Shown: positions 1 to 9,945 of the stretch, one piece after another
Layout of the letters: each line of letters begins with the position of its first letter
Position numbering within the stretch: position 1 is the stretch's first letter
Virus record (IMG/VR): IMGVR_UViG_3300025012_000027
Location: 124,001-188,000 of that record
DNA: 64,000 nucleotides
Reading direction: 5' to 3' (one strand)
Notes under the pieces: model-generated
Told to the model about the DNA's origin: nothing
Database searches by the model: none
What the model saw: the letters and a program-made list of their open reading frames with translations, nothing else
Translations under genes and position numbers: made by a program

Positions 1-1
1 T

Positions 2-163
2 GTTTCCAAGCCATTGGCAGTAGTTGAATCACTAACTGCTAACGATAGTATCGACAAATGGATCGGTGATTTCATTGCGTCCAAAGATCCAAAGTTCGAA
101 GGTAAGTCTAAAGAAGACCGTCGCAAAATGGCAGTTGGTGCGTTCTATGGAGCAAAGAAATAA
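2..163 (+). CDS. Hypothetical protein, 3' part (truncated by window edge)
   Basis: Open frame ...WIGDFIASKDPKFEGKSKEDRRKMAVGAFYGAKK*; TAA overlaps next ATG (TAATG); motif recalls small conserved T4-like phage proteins. Confidence 0.6.
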   Translation, partial: VSKPLAVVESLTANDSIDKWIGDFIASKDPKFEGKSKEDRRKMAVGAFYGAKK

Positions 164-477
164 TGTCCGAATACCAAGACATGTTCGATGCCAATCGGGC
201 GATCATAGCAGCATATGGGCATGTCGTAGAGGCGGCTGCTCTTAGGCTAACCCCTATGGGGAAACAACACGACATTGGTATGTATTCGATTGACTTGTTC
301 AAGCATCCACTACCAAACGGAGAAACTAACTTCGTTGGGCATATCTTTCACGGAAATAAACGATTGAAAGAAGTGCAAATCTTTAAGGGGGCTGATGATC
401 AAGCATCCGCGGATCATCTCAAACAAGAATCTGCAGACGCATTAGCAGAATTTGTTAAAACTGAAAAGAGGGTTTGA
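163..477 (+). CDS. Hypothetical protein
   Basis: 104-aa ORF translationally coupled to the upstream ORF. Confidence 0.6.
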   Translation: MSEYQDMFDANRAIIAAYGHVVEAAALRLTPMGKQHDIGMYSIDLFKHPLPNGETNFVGHIFHGNKRLKEVQIFKGADDQASADHLKQESADALAEFVKTEKRV

Positions 478-514
478 CATCTCTTGGCAGTGATGTTAAA
501 ATACAGTTTTAGGA

Positions 515-823
515 GTGATGATGGAAGATATCATGTTGGCGATTGTTATTGGGCTCACCGCCGGTTTCATACTCAGGACATTGTATGACCGCTTTTCAAA
601 TAATGACGAAGCCGAAGATGACGGCCCCATGCCGCGTATCTTTGATGTAGATAAGATTGATGCATCATATTTCGCATATGATGAGTCCGAGACATTTGTA
701 GCACAAGAACCTACACTGCAAGCTCTTGTTGATCGTCTAGTAGAACTCCATACATTCATCGCGCTCGCCACTGCTAACGAAGAAGTTAAAACAGAACTAC
801 TTTCAATGGCTAAGCAGGCGTAG
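515..823 (+). CDS. Hypothetical protein with N-terminal TM helix
   Basis: AGGAG RBS; hydrophobic IMLAIVIGLTAGFIL. Confidence 0.6.
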   Translation: MMMEDIMLAIVIGLTAGFILRTLYDRFSNNDEAEDDGPMPRIFDVDKIDASYFAYDESETFVAQEPTLQALVDRLVELHTFIALATANEEVKTELLSMAKQA

Positions 824-1283
824 TAGTTTTCCCTGAAATTTTGTTATACTGTTCTTCTGTCCAGCCCATTGCATCGAGCAATACGTTGAACGTGATCGTC
901 GGAAGAACGGTATGTAACGTTTGATCTTTGATATGAATCATCCATATAGCATCCTCGGCGGACATATCTTCCATCCACTGAACTAGGATTTGTTCCTTTT
1001 GGAACTGTTTTAGATCTTTACTGAACATAATGTAGTATTTGTTAGATAGATTCAAAATCTCTAGCGGAGCCACCCCCACTGGATGCAGACTGGGAATGTA
1101 TGGTGGGATTCCAGCTGGTAACGGAGATTTAAACTTTGGGTTTAGCGCATAGCCGAACATCACGTTCAATCTCGAATCTTTTTTCATGATGTTGCGCAAA
1201 TACTGTGCTGGATCTTCGGACTTGCCAGCAAGTGTCATGATTTCGTGGAAAGTGATGTTTTTATCATTCAGTTTTTCGTTCAT
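810..1283 (-). CDS. Conserved T4-like hypothetical protein
   Basis: GGAGA RBS before ATG 1283; YALNPKFKSPLPAGIPPY segment resembles a conserved T4-like family. Confidence 0.65.
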   Translation of the reverse strand: MNEKLNDKNITFHEIMTLAGKSEDPAQYLRNIMKKDSRLNVMFGYALNPKFKSPLPAGIPPYIPSLHPVGVAPLEILNLSNKYYIMFSKDLKQFQKEQILVQWMEDMSAEDAIWMIHIKDQTLHTVLPTITFNVLLDAMGWTEEQYNKISGKTTTPA

Positions 1284-1313
1284 TGTATTCTCCATATTAA
1301 CTACCATATATTT

Positions 1314-1535
1314 ATGCATCAATATAAACTCAAGATTGTAGATTGTCACGACTCGCTGATGTGGTATGCCAAGCATATCGGCGAATGCTTTCCGTTTGTT
1401 CGTATGGTTGAAGAGGGGTTCATGAGCCGAGAACCAGCTGGCTATCTGAACATCGTTCGATATTATGATGCTATTCTGTTGGATGAAAACGACAACGAAG
1501 TTATTTTTGATAATCGCCCTGCTGATATGCGCTAA
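1314..1535 (+). CDS. Hypothetical protein
   Basis: 73-aa ORF filling the gap before a promoter; start uncertain. Confidence 0.45.
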   Translation: MHQYKLKIVDCHDSLMWYAKHIGECFPFVRMVEEGFMSREPAGYLNIVRYYDAILLDENDNEVIFDNRPADMR

Positions 1536-1539
1536 ATGG

Positions 1540-1548
1540 TGTTATAAT
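1540..1548 (+). promoter_or_regulatory. Extended -10 sigma70-type early promoter (TGTTATAAT)
   Basis: Same 9-mer in intergenic gaps at + 4064, 5429, 7479, 8471 and on - at 18885, 22965, 25408, 27776, 36757, 37572, 39364, 40191, 42794, 62132, oriented toward downstream genes. Confidence 0.75.
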
Positions 1549-1573
1549 AGTGACACTAACAAGGAACTTTATT

Positions 1574-1789
1574 ATGTACGCTACTCTGTTTAATCGCTCT
1601 TCTGGCAGCACTGTAGTGCAAACTACGGTTGCAGAACTGTTGCAGTTCATCAAAGCATTTGCTCATACCGTTACGGATGTTGATGATCGCACCGAGCTCG
1701 AAGACTTGCTCGAATACGATGTTGAATTTTACGAACGAGTTGGTAAAGTTGAAGGGTCTACCTTCGTAGTTCAAGTTTGGAAGCCGTGA
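1574..1789 (+). CDS. Hypothetical protein
   Basis: AAGGA RBS, follows promoter. Confidence 0.6.
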   Translation: MYATLFNRSSGSTVVQTTVAELLQFIKAFAHTVTDVDDRTELEDLLEYDVEFYERVGKVEGSTFVVQVWKP

Positions 1790-1790
1790 T

Positions 1791-2789
1791 ATGGGTGGGA
1801 ATGCACTTAAGAATATCGAAACTCGTCGATACGTTCGAGACGAGTATGAACGAATTGCGAAGGCGGTTCTCGAAAAACTGAACCCAGTTCGTTGTATAGA
1901 TAGAGCAATTGATATCCCGGCATATCGCACAAAGGAAACTTTCGGCGATTTGGATATCCTATACTCTACCAATACAGATACCCCGCTGTCAGTCGAACAG
2001 ATCGAAGCTGTCTTTTCGCCCGACGAGATTGTTAGGAATACTAATGTGATCTCGTTTAACTATGAAGAGTTGCAGGTTGATCTTATCCACTCACCTCGAA
2101 ATTGCTTCGATTATGCTTTATCGTATTTCAGTTGGAATGATACTGGTAACTTGATTGGTAGGATCGCACATAAGTTTGGGGTCAAGCATGGGCATGCTGG
2201 GCTCATTTTCCCAGTAAGGGAGTCTGATCAAGTAATAGCAGAGATCGTATTGACTACAGATCACGATCTAGCACTTACGTGGCTTGGGTTCGATGCCGGA
2301 GTGTTTAATGCCGGGTTCGATTCATTGGATCAGATTTTCAACTTCGTGACATCGAATCCGTTCTACAATCCAGAATTCTATAAATTGGAAAACTTAAACA
2401 ATATTGCTCGGACACGAGACACCAAGCGTTCTACGTATTCATCATTTTTGGAACATGGTCGGACGATGACTGGAACATTCTGGACTCCTGTGAGTGACAA
2501 GACTTGGTATGCTGAAAGCATGTTCAGGCGCTTCCCTGAAGCAACCAAACAGTTTAAAGAAGCTATGCAACAACTAGCATTTATGCGCCAAGCAAGGACA
2601 AAGTTCAATGGAGACATTGTATCAGATCTTACTGGTCTGACAGGTAAGCCACTCGGTGAATTTATGCGGCATCTTAAAACATCATTCTGGCTAACTCCGG
2701 AGATGGTTGTATTCCAATCAACTGCAAGAATCGTATCCATTATTAACATGGAATTTGACACTTTTAAACTACTAACAAAGGATAAATAA
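1791..2789 (+). CDS. Putative pol-beta-superfamily nucleotidyltransferase
   Basis: KETFGDLDIL (GDxD) motif and later QVDLI third Asp. Confidence 0.55.
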   Translation: MGGNALKNIETRRYVRDEYERIAKAVLEKLNPVRCIDRAIDIPAYRTKETFGDLDILYSTNTDTPLSVEQIEAVFSPDEIVRNTNVISFNYEELQVDLIHSPRNCFDYALSYFSWNDTGNLIGRIAHKFGVKHGHAGLIFPVRESDQVIAEIVLTTDHDLALTWLGFDAGVFNAGFDSLDQIFNFVTSNPFYNPEFYKLENLNNIARTRDTKRSTYSSFLEHGRTMTGTFWTPVSDKTWYAESMFRRFPEATKQFKEAMQQLAFMRQARTKFNGDIVSDLTGLTGKPLGEFMRHLKTSFWLTPEMVVFQSTARIVSIINMEFDTFKLLTKDK

Positions 2790-2935
2790 TGGATGAAAAT
2801 GCTTTGGCACCACTCGGTCTGAATCTCAAAATGATTCAGGATAGTCCTAAAACATGGAGCATCAACAAATCTTTGGCTTTCAAATTGTCTTTCAATTCAA
2901 TGCAAAGCGTCGGTGATTTCTTCATGACAATGTAA
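2789..2935 (+). CDS. Small hypothetical protein (48 aa, below ORF-track cutoff)
   Basis: MDENALAPLG...FFMTM*; ATG overlaps upstream TAA. Confidence 0.45.
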   Translation: MDENALAPLGLNLKMIQDSPKTWSINKSLAFKLSFNSMQSVGDFFMTM

Positions 2936-2953
2936 GATGGTGATCTGCTCTTT

Positions 2954-3277
2954 TTGTCTAGAGCGACTGAGATCATGTTTCATGGAAGTGACTCATCTCA
3001 AGAACTTGAAACCGAGACAGAGATGTTGTTGCTGGCATGTTTGCTCGCGATGGGTGAAGGTCTGGATATCACAGATAATCCAGACGAGCTTGTTGCTAGG
3101 TGCCAATCACTCGTATCGTTCATCGCAGTTGAATCATTGCACCGCCGCGGATTTGCTGACGTCATCCATAAAAATATGTCTTTAGGTGCGGATGCAGCGA
3201 CTCTGGATATCGCAAAAATTACTCCTGCCGGCGAGACATATATCAAGGGAACGTTCGGTGGAGATACTCACAACTAA
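2954..3277 (+). CDS. Hypothetical protein
   Basis: 107-aa ORF; start uncertain. Confidence 0.5.
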   Translation: MSRATEIMFHGSDSSQELETETEMLLLACLLAMGEGLDITDNPDELVARCQSLVSFIAVESLHRRGFADVIHKNMSLGADAATLDIAKITPAGETYIKGTFGGDTHN

Positions 3278-3280
3278 ATA
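3275..3280 (+). promoter_or_regulatory. T4-type late promoter core TAAATA
   Basis: Upstream of gp15; also upstream of 9946 (9914), 14595 (14554) and on - upstream of gp13 (16670), gp2 (48744), hsp20 (TATAAATA 52182), gp3 (61784). Confidence 0.6.
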
Positions 3281-3304
3281 CCTTATTAGTCACATAAGGT
3301 TCAT

Positions 3305-4060
3305 ATGCTAGGCTCACTTCCTTTTTATCACGGTATCACCAGAAAAGTTATCGTTGCATTTGGTCAGATTTTCTCGGACATCAAGATCCAACGATTCAAT
3401 TCGTCAAACGTCGTCGAACAGCTAATATCGGTTCCTGTGTCATATGGTAACCGTGAAAAATGGTATCAGCGTCTAAAGGAAGAGCCTGGGCTGGATCAGC
3501 GTGTTTTAATAACATTGCCTAGAATTGGGTTTGAGATTGCTGGACTTCGATACGACCCATCGAGAAACATCAATAAACTTACTCGGTACCGAGCTTGTCT
3601 TCCATCAGCTAACGGAAATACGCCGAGTGCATTTGTCCCAGTACCGTACAATATTGAGTTCAATCTGTACATCATGACGAAGACTCAAGATGACATGCTG
3701 CAAATCGTCGAACAGATCCTACCATTCTTTGCACCACAATATAATCTTAGCATTGTGTTGTCACCGGAACTTGGTATGACTCAAGATGTACCCATCACGC
3801 TGACTGGCGTCAATATTGACGATAGTTATACAGGTAGTATGGAAGATCGACGGGAGATCATTGGCACTTTAACATTCTCGTCGAAGGTCGAATATCTAGG
3901 ACCAGTCAATAACAATACGGCTCTTATCACTAGTGTCAAGACAAAAATTGATCCAGAATCTGGTCAGGTCGCTCGTGAAGTCGACGTCATTGCCGATGGC
4001 ACGATTGATAACTATACATTGATCGAGGAATTCTTCGATATCCCTAGACCAATAGCATAA
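3305..4060 (+). CDS. gp15: Tail sheath stabilizer and completion protein gp15
   Basis: YHGITRKVIVAFGQIFSDI...VPVSYG.REKW...ITLPRIGFEI.G..YDPSR, VPVPYNIEFNLYI. Confidence 0.9.
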   Translation: MLGSLPFYHGITRKVIVAFGQIFSDIKIQRFNSSNVVEQLISVPVSYGNREKWYQRLKEEPGLDQRVLITLPRIGFEIAGLRYDPSRNINKLTRYRACLPSANGNTPSAFVPVPYNIEFNLYIMTKTQDDMLQIVEQILPFFAPQYNLSIVLSPELGMTQDVPITLTGVNIDDSYTGSMEDRREIIGTLTFSSKVEYLGPVNNNTALITSVKTKIDPESGQVAREVDVIADGTIDNYTLIEEFFDIPRPIA

Positions 4061-4077
4061 ACGTGTTATAATATATT

Positions 4078-4496
4078 ATGAAAAACGTAAACAGAAACTA
4101 ATTCTCATTCGTGGACTTCCCGGTAGTGGCAAAAGCACTCTCGCGAAATCGTTTGATGGGTTTCACTTCGAAGCCGATCAATATTTTGTAGATGCATTGA
4201 CGGGCGAGTATGAATTTGATGCATCTAGATTGCATCTCGCGCATGCAATTTGTCAACAAAGTGCCAGGGATGCACTGACTACTGGGGCCGATGCAATCGT
4301 TAGCAACACGTTCACTACCTTGAAAGAACTCAAACCATATTTCAAGTTGGCAAAAGAGTTTAAGATTGTTCCCACAGTAATCTTGTGTCAAAACATGTTT
4401 GGTAACGTACATAACGTTCCGGTTGAAGCATTGGATCGTATGCGAGACAGATTCGCATATGACATTTCAAGTTTGTTTAATGAAGGTGGCGAATGA
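4078..4496 (+). pseudogene. P-loop (AAA_33-like) kinase with a 1-nt frameshift right after the start
   Basis: LILIRGLPGSGKST, HFEADQYF, VSNTFT; only upstream ATG (4078) is out of frame by one base in an A5 run. Confidence 0.7.
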
Positions 4497-5401
4497 TTAC
4501 AGTAACGGGCCAGGCCGGGATTAGTGCGAAGATTATCAAACATAGCGTATCCAATGGAACCCCGATCTTTACGCTTGAGCTAGAATATCCCAGATTTATC
4601 CACAGTGAAGTAATGACACACCGCATGCTGAGCAAGAACTCAGCATCGTCTCGAGCCATCCCTGTTAAAAAGATGTTGGAAATGATTCGTAACGACCCGG
4701 CAATGCCAGTGTATTGGGGTAAGAATCAACCCGGCATGCAAGCGGCAGAAGAACTATCAGAGTTCGACAAATTGCGAGCAAAAGATGCTTGGAAGTATGC
4801 TGCCATGTGGGCGGCCATTTACTCAGAACGACTCGTTGATCTAGATGTTCATAAGCAAATTTCCAACCGAATCTGCGAACCGTTTCAACGCATGAAAACG
4901 GTAGTGACCGGTACGGAGTGGAACAACTTCTTCAAACTTCGAGATCATCCAGCCGCACAGCCCGAGTTCAGAGAATTGGCGCAGTGTATGCTACAAGCTA
5001 TGAAACAATCTCGCCCAGATATGTTATTGCCAGGTGAATGGCATCTTCCATATGTCAATATTGTGCGAACACCGACTGAGCTTCAATATTGGGTCGGTAA
5101 TGAGCAACTACGTCTCGAGACGGCGCTGATGGTAAGCACATCATGCTGCGCCCAAGTCAGCTATCGCAATCTAGATGATAGCATCGAAAAGGCAAAGGCT
5201 ATTTTCGATCGTTTGAACTTGCGTGGAGAGAACGGCGAACCTGCACATTCATCTCCAGCTGAACACCAAGCAACTCCGATGAAATTTGATGACATCCGCA
5301 ATAACCATGTTTGGGACACTGGAGTGACCCACACAGATCGATATGGTGATATGTGGAGTGGAAATTTTAAAAGCTGGATTCAGCACCGACAAATATTATA
5401 G
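4493..5401 (+). CDS. thyX: FAD-dependent thymidylate synthase ThyX
   Basis: YPRFIHSEVMTHRMLSKNSASSRAIP signature; HPAAQPEF; H-S-S-PAEHQA. Confidence 0.9.
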   Translation: MITVTGQAGISAKIIKHSVSNGTPIFTLELEYPRFIHSEVMTHRMLSKNSASSRAIPVKKMLEMIRNDPAMPVYWGKNQPGMQAAEELSEFDKLRAKDAWKYAAMWAAIYSERLVDLDVHKQISNRICEPFQRMKTVVTGTEWNNFFKLRDHPAAQPEFRELAQCMLQAMKQSRPDMLLPGEWHLPYVNIVRTPTELQYWVGNEQLRLETALMVSTSCCAQVSYRNLDDSIEKAKAIFDRLNLRGENGEPAHSSPAEHQATPMKFDDIRNNHVWDTGVTHTDRYGDMWSGNFKSWIQHRQIL

Positions 5402-5459
5402 ATCGATGACGTAAATTCTGCAAAATGGTGTTATAATATAGGCTAAGAAGGAATACACT

Positions 5460-7445
5460 ATGACGCAGAATGTTTATGACGATCTCTTTAAGATGTCTTT
5501 GTATAGCGCAAAGATTTCGAGTATGCTTGCACAGGAAAACATCGCTGTAGAGTTTTCATCATACGCGAATACTGCTAGCTATCAACCAATGTCTCGCACA
5601 ATCACTTTTCCATATTCCACGGCGTTTATGGATAAAGACATTCATGAACTGTTCATGTTTCATGAAGTTAGTCATGCTCTGCATATCCCACCAGCAGATA
5701 TGCAGCTAGTAAAAGACTCGAAGGTAGATCATGATCTGTGGAACGTCATAGTTGATATCCGGGATGAACGTCTCATCAAAGCGCGGTATCCTGGATCAAT
5801 TCCCATGTTTATCCGCGGATACGAAAAACTGCTCAATCAAGGATTCTTCGGATCCACCTCAAATTTGAAGTATAAAGACTTCGCAGATCGATTGAACGTC
5901 TATGCTAAATGTGGTATCAAAAGCGCTAGTATTGTGCCGTTGACTGCCAAAGAACAAGAATTCTACAATCGTTGCATGCGAGTGGAAACTATGCAAGAAG
6001 TTATCGACATGACGCGTGAATTGTTGGGTATCAATACCAACAATACCATACCTCGCGCAGATATGCTCGACGATATTATCGAACGACTCAAAGAGTCGGG
6101 CGATGGTACGGACGATGATGGAGATCCGTTATCGGAAAAAGAACTGCTTAAAAAAGCAGAAGAAGCGTTGGATAAAATTCGAGAAGAAAGGGTACAGGCC
6201 GCATTTGATGCAAACTTCGCTAACAGCATTATGCACAATACGAAAGTCATTAGCTTCGAACCCATCCCACTCGGACAGAGCCAATATTCGCCGGTAAAGT
6301 TATACACAGAGTTCGTGAAAACCACATACTTGAATGATTGTTTCGGTGAAGATTTGGCGGCCGGCACTTCAGCCGTTCGCACAGTACGGAAAGATATTCG
6401 GACAAGCGTAGACAGCATGATTCGGATCTTTGAATCTAAAAAGGCCGCTGAACGAGCTCGGAACGCGAAGATTGCCGATACTGGGATGATCGATGTGAAC
6501 AAAGTTCATCGACATCTGTTCGACAATAAGATTTTTCGTCGGTCGGTTAAATTACCAAACAGCAAGAATCATGCCTATTGCATCCTTGTAGATTTCTCGG
6601 GTAGTATGACCAGATCATATGATCATGTCATTCAACAACTCATTGTTGTCACAGAATTCTTTAGGCGCATTCAAGTACCGTATAAAGTATTTGCATTTGG
6701 GTTTGATTTGGATCGACGGATATTCAGCAGTAAACCAACTGCATTCTATCAATCGAGCATCTACACATCATACTATTCGGCAGAACGCCCAAACTTCCTG
6801 TTCGAACTCTTGAACAGTGAACAGACTACCAACGAGCATAACATTGCTCTTACAGGGCTCATGCACAAGATTGGATTCTGTCTTAGCAACACACCAACGT
6901 TGCATGCTATTAGCGCGGCCGAAAATATTGCGACTGAGTTCTTTGCTAGGACTGGCGCTAGTAGCAAGCATATGTTAGTTATCACAGATGGCGAGCCAAC
7001 AGATGGTGGTTACAGCAACTCTGGGAAAACGGTTATCATCACAGACCCAGTTGCTCACTCAAAAGTCGTTTACCGTGGAAACTCTCCATATGGAATGTGC
7101 AATGCGATTGGGAAGATCATTGAGAATCGGCGAGGGATTAAGTTTTCAACGATCTCGATCACCTCATCGTTGACAGACAGAATCGTTAGTTCGTTTGTAA
7201 CGTCGGCAATTGATAAGAGCAACACCGAGCAGTTTCGCAAAGCTGGATACACGAACATCCCAGATCCGTTCACCAACAATCCGATCTTTTTTGCGAAACC
7301 AATGGCAGTCGATACAGGGATCGACGAATATGACATTTCTGAGAAACGAACATCTACACAGATTTCGAGGGCATTGCTTGCTAATATGAAACATATCAAC
7401 AAGTCCAGAAACTTTCTTAATGCATTGGCAGAAAGTTTGAGCTAA
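5460..7445 (+). CDS. vWA-domain protein with N-terminal HExxH peptidase-like domain (CobT-like)
   Basis: HEVSH motif; MIDAS DFSGS, TPT, ITDGEP. Confidence 0.75.
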   Translation: MTQNVYDDLFKMSLYSAKISSMLAQENIAVEFSSYANTASYQPMSRTITFPYSTAFMDKDIHELFMFHEVSHALHIPPADMQLVKDSKVDHDLWNVIVDIRDERLIKARYPGSIPMFIRGYEKLLNQGFFGSTSNLKYKDFADRLNVYAKCGIKSASIVPLTAKEQEFYNRCMRVETMQEVIDMTRELLGINTNNTIPRADMLDDIIERLKESGDGTDDDGDPLSEKELLKKAEEALDKIREERVQAAFDANFANSIMHNTKVISFEPIPLGQSQYSPVKLYTEFVKTTYLNDCFGEDLAAGTSAVRTVRKDIRTSVDSMIRIFESKKAAERARNAKIADTGMIDVNKVHRHLFDNKIFRRSVKLPNSKNHAYCILVDFSGSMTRSYDHVIQQLIVVTEFFRRIQVPYKVFAFGFDLDRRIFSSKPTAFYQSSIYTSYYSAERPNFLFELLNSEQTTNEHNIALTGLMHKIGFCLSNTPTLHAISAAENIATEFFARTGASSKHMLVITDGEPTDGGYSNSGKTVIITDPVAHSKVVYRGNSPYGMCNAIGKIIENRRGIKFSTISITSSLTDRIVSSFVTSAIDKSNTEQFRKAGYTNIPDPFTNNPIFFAKPMAVDTGIDEYDISEKRTSTQISRALLANMKHINKSRNFLNALAESLS

Positions 7446-7513
7446 TTTCAAGATAATTGGAAATTCTTTGGAAAACCGTGTTATAATATGTATACTTTAC
7501 AGGAACACACATT

Positions 7514-8455
7514 ATGACACTCACCGACATCGAACAATCCATGATCGCCCAATTTGGGACTTCCGAAGTAAACACTCGGGACGTGATCAAAGCGTTGAAC
7601 GATCTGGGATCTAATGCAGCAACACACTATCCAGCACTTCGGTTGAAATATTCCGCAGGTCACGGGGTGTTGCAGTTTAAACAAGCTACGCGCGCCGTAG
7701 AAGAATCTGACAGTGACATTTCCGCAAGAATTAATTCTCGGTTCGCGGCAATGGACACCATTGTCCGGGCAACGGCCAAGGGACTTAACCGGGCATTGAT
7801 CATTTCTGGCCCTGCAGGTGTGGGTAAGAGCTTTGGGGTTGAAAAGGCTGTCAAAGAAACGATCGGCGACTTTACTCACATTAAGGGATATGTACGGGCA
7901 ACTGGCCTGTTTAAGCAACTGTATGCAAACAGGCATAGCAAGAACACCATTGTGTTCGATGATACTGATTGCTTGTTCTCAGACGAAAATTCTCTGAACT
8001 TGCTGAAATGTGTGTGCGACAGCAGCGATACTCGCCGCGTTAGTTGGTTGAGCGAAGCTGTTATGGAATCGGAAGATGGTGAAACACTCCCCAAATCGTT
8101 CGATTTCTGTGGCAACATTATCTTTATCACAAACAAAGACTTTCAGCAGATGGCGACCAAGGATACTAAACTGTCACCTCATATTGAAGCGATGATGAGC
8201 CGTAGCATGTATGTTGACATTGGTGTGAAATCTGTACGTGACTACTTGATCCGCATCAAACAAGTGATCGACGAAGGTATGTTGGATAACGATATTCGAT
8301 ACGAAGACCAGCAAGATCTGATGCATTACTTGAAGGTCAATGCAAACAATATGCAGGAACTCAGCTTGCGGATGGTAAAGAAGCTCGCTAGCCTGATCAA
8401 CATTGATGCAACGAATTGGAAAGAATTGGCGAAAATTGTTTGCCAAAAGTCCTAA
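7514..8455 (+). CDS. AAA+ ATPase
   Basis: Walker A GPAGVGKS, Walker B IVFDD. Confidence 0.75.
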   Translation: MTLTDIEQSMIAQFGTSEVNTRDVIKALNDLGSNAATHYPALRLKYSAGHGVLQFKQATRAVEESDSDISARINSRFAAMDTIVRATAKGLNRALIISGPAGVGKSFGVEKAVKETIGDFTHIKGYVRATGLFKQLYANRHSKNTIVFDDTDCLFSDENSLNLLKCVCDSSDTRRVSWLSEAVMESEDGETLPKSFDFCGNIIFITNKDFQQMATKDTKLSPHIEAMMSRSMYVDIGVKSVRDYLIRIKQVIDEGMLDNDIRYEDQQDLMHYLKVNANNMQELSLRMVKKLASLINIDATNWKELAKIVCQKS

Positions 8456-8508
8456 GATATTCCAAATTGATGTTATAATACACATACCAACTTAAAGGAT
8501 CTTTTGTA

Positions 8509-9645
8509 ATGATTACCGAAACCAAATACAATGACAGCATGGCCAAAGTTCGCGAATACTTCGGCGATAAAGTGATCGTGTCGCGGCAGGACATTTTGGC
8601 GTATTTGAAAGAAACTGATGACACCTTGCCGGCAGTTTTCTGGGCAAATGCTCGTGTTGCACGCGGAACGTTTGACCTTTCAACCGCTCTTGATGGGTCG
8701 CGAGTTGCAGTGACAGCACCGGTGCATACAACGAATAACGTCGTTGTTATGCCTACGTCGAAGCACAACCAGCACACGAGTGATATGCATAATCGGTTTG
8801 ACCGCGATCTTCTTATCCCTACGTTGAAAGATACATATGTTGAATGGGGTAATTATTCAACTGTTGTAAAATTGCTGAACACTAGCAATTTCTTTACGTT
8901 GTATGTATCTGGCGATAGCGGTAGTGGTAAGAATGAGATGGTTGCTCAGGCGTGTGCCAAACTGAACCGACCACTTGTTCGAGTGTCAGTTACTCGTGAG
9001 ACAAAAGAAGAGCATTTGATCGGTAGCAAAACGTTGATCGACGGCAGCATCGTGTACGAAGAAGGCCCCGTTGTTTGGGCAGCGAAGACTGGCGCCGTTT
9101 TGTTGATTGATGAGATTAGCGCAGGTGACCCAAATGAGCTTATGTGTTTGCAAAGTGTTCTTGAAGGCGAAGCGTTTTTCGTTAAATCAGCAAACGTCAT
9201 GATTACTCCAGTGGAAGGATTCTGCATCATTGCAACAGATAATACCAAAGGCCGAGGAAGTGATAGCGCTCGATATATTGGCACTAACATTCTCAATGAC
9301 GCATTCTTGGAACGTTTTGAGATGACTATGGAGCAAGGATATCCAACGGAAAAGATTGAAACTGCTATTATCAATAAGCTGATGCACAAACTTGGTCTCG
9401 ATGATCAGAAGTTTGCTACTCAGTTGGTGTCTTGGGTACAGGCTATTCGTAAGACATACGTTGAAGAAGGCCTCGACGAACACATCACTACTCGTCGAGC
9501 ATGCCACATTGTGAAAACATTCTACAAGATCAAAGATGTCGAGAAATCTATCGAATTGTGCGTGAACCGATTCGATGAAACGACTAAAATGGCGATGCTC
9601 AGTTTGTGGGAAAAGATGACCCCTACCGAAGAAAAGACAGAATGA
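8509..9645 (+). CDS. MoxR/CobS-like AAA+ ATPase
   Basis: GDSGSGKN, LLIDEI, IATDNTKGRG, NDAFLERF. Confidence 0.85.
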   Translation: MITETKYNDSMAKVREYFGDKVIVSRQDILAYLKETDDTLPAVFWANARVARGTFDLSTALDGSRVAVTAPVHTTNNVVVMPTSKHNQHTSDMHNRFDRDLLIPTLKDTYVEWGNYSTVVKLLNTSNFFTLYVSGDSGSGKNEMVAQACAKLNRPLVRVSVTRETKEEHLIGSKTLIDGSIVYEEGPVVWAAKTGAVLLIDEISAGDPNELMCLQSVLEGEAFFVKSANVMITPVEGFCIIATDNTKGRGSDSARYIGTNILNDAFLERFEMTMEQGYPTEKIETAIINKLMHKLGLDDQKFATQLVSWVQAIRKTYVEEGLDEHITTRRACHIVKTFYKIKDVEKSIELCVNRFDETTKMAMLSLWEKMTPTEEKTE

Positions 9646-9920
9646 CGCAGTTTGGAATAAGCGACCGAGCACCAAAAGGAACATATTCGTTTGTAGATTT
9701 GGTCGATCTACAAACTCCAAAGAACGGATATGTTTGCATGCTTGATATGTATTGGCTGACTACAGATGGGAAGGCTCTGTTTTATGGGACTTCCCCTCAG
9801 TGCAACTCCGATGAGCGAGTTATATCACATGTACTGACGACCAATGCATACTTGTTGGGACAATTTACGGATCTACAATGCACAAAGATTCCAATTGCTT
9901 ACATCAGACAGACTAAATAA
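9642..9920 (+). CDS. Hypothetical protein
   Basis: ATGA overlap with upstream stop; MTQFGISDRAP... Confidence 0.55.
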   Translation: MTQFGISDRAPKGTYSFVDLVDLQTPKNGYVCMLDMYWLTTDGKALFYGTSPQCNSDERVISHVLTTNAYLLGQFTDLQCTKIPIAYIRQTK

Positions 9921-9945
9921 TAGTATCTAATGTAAGGCGCCAACA

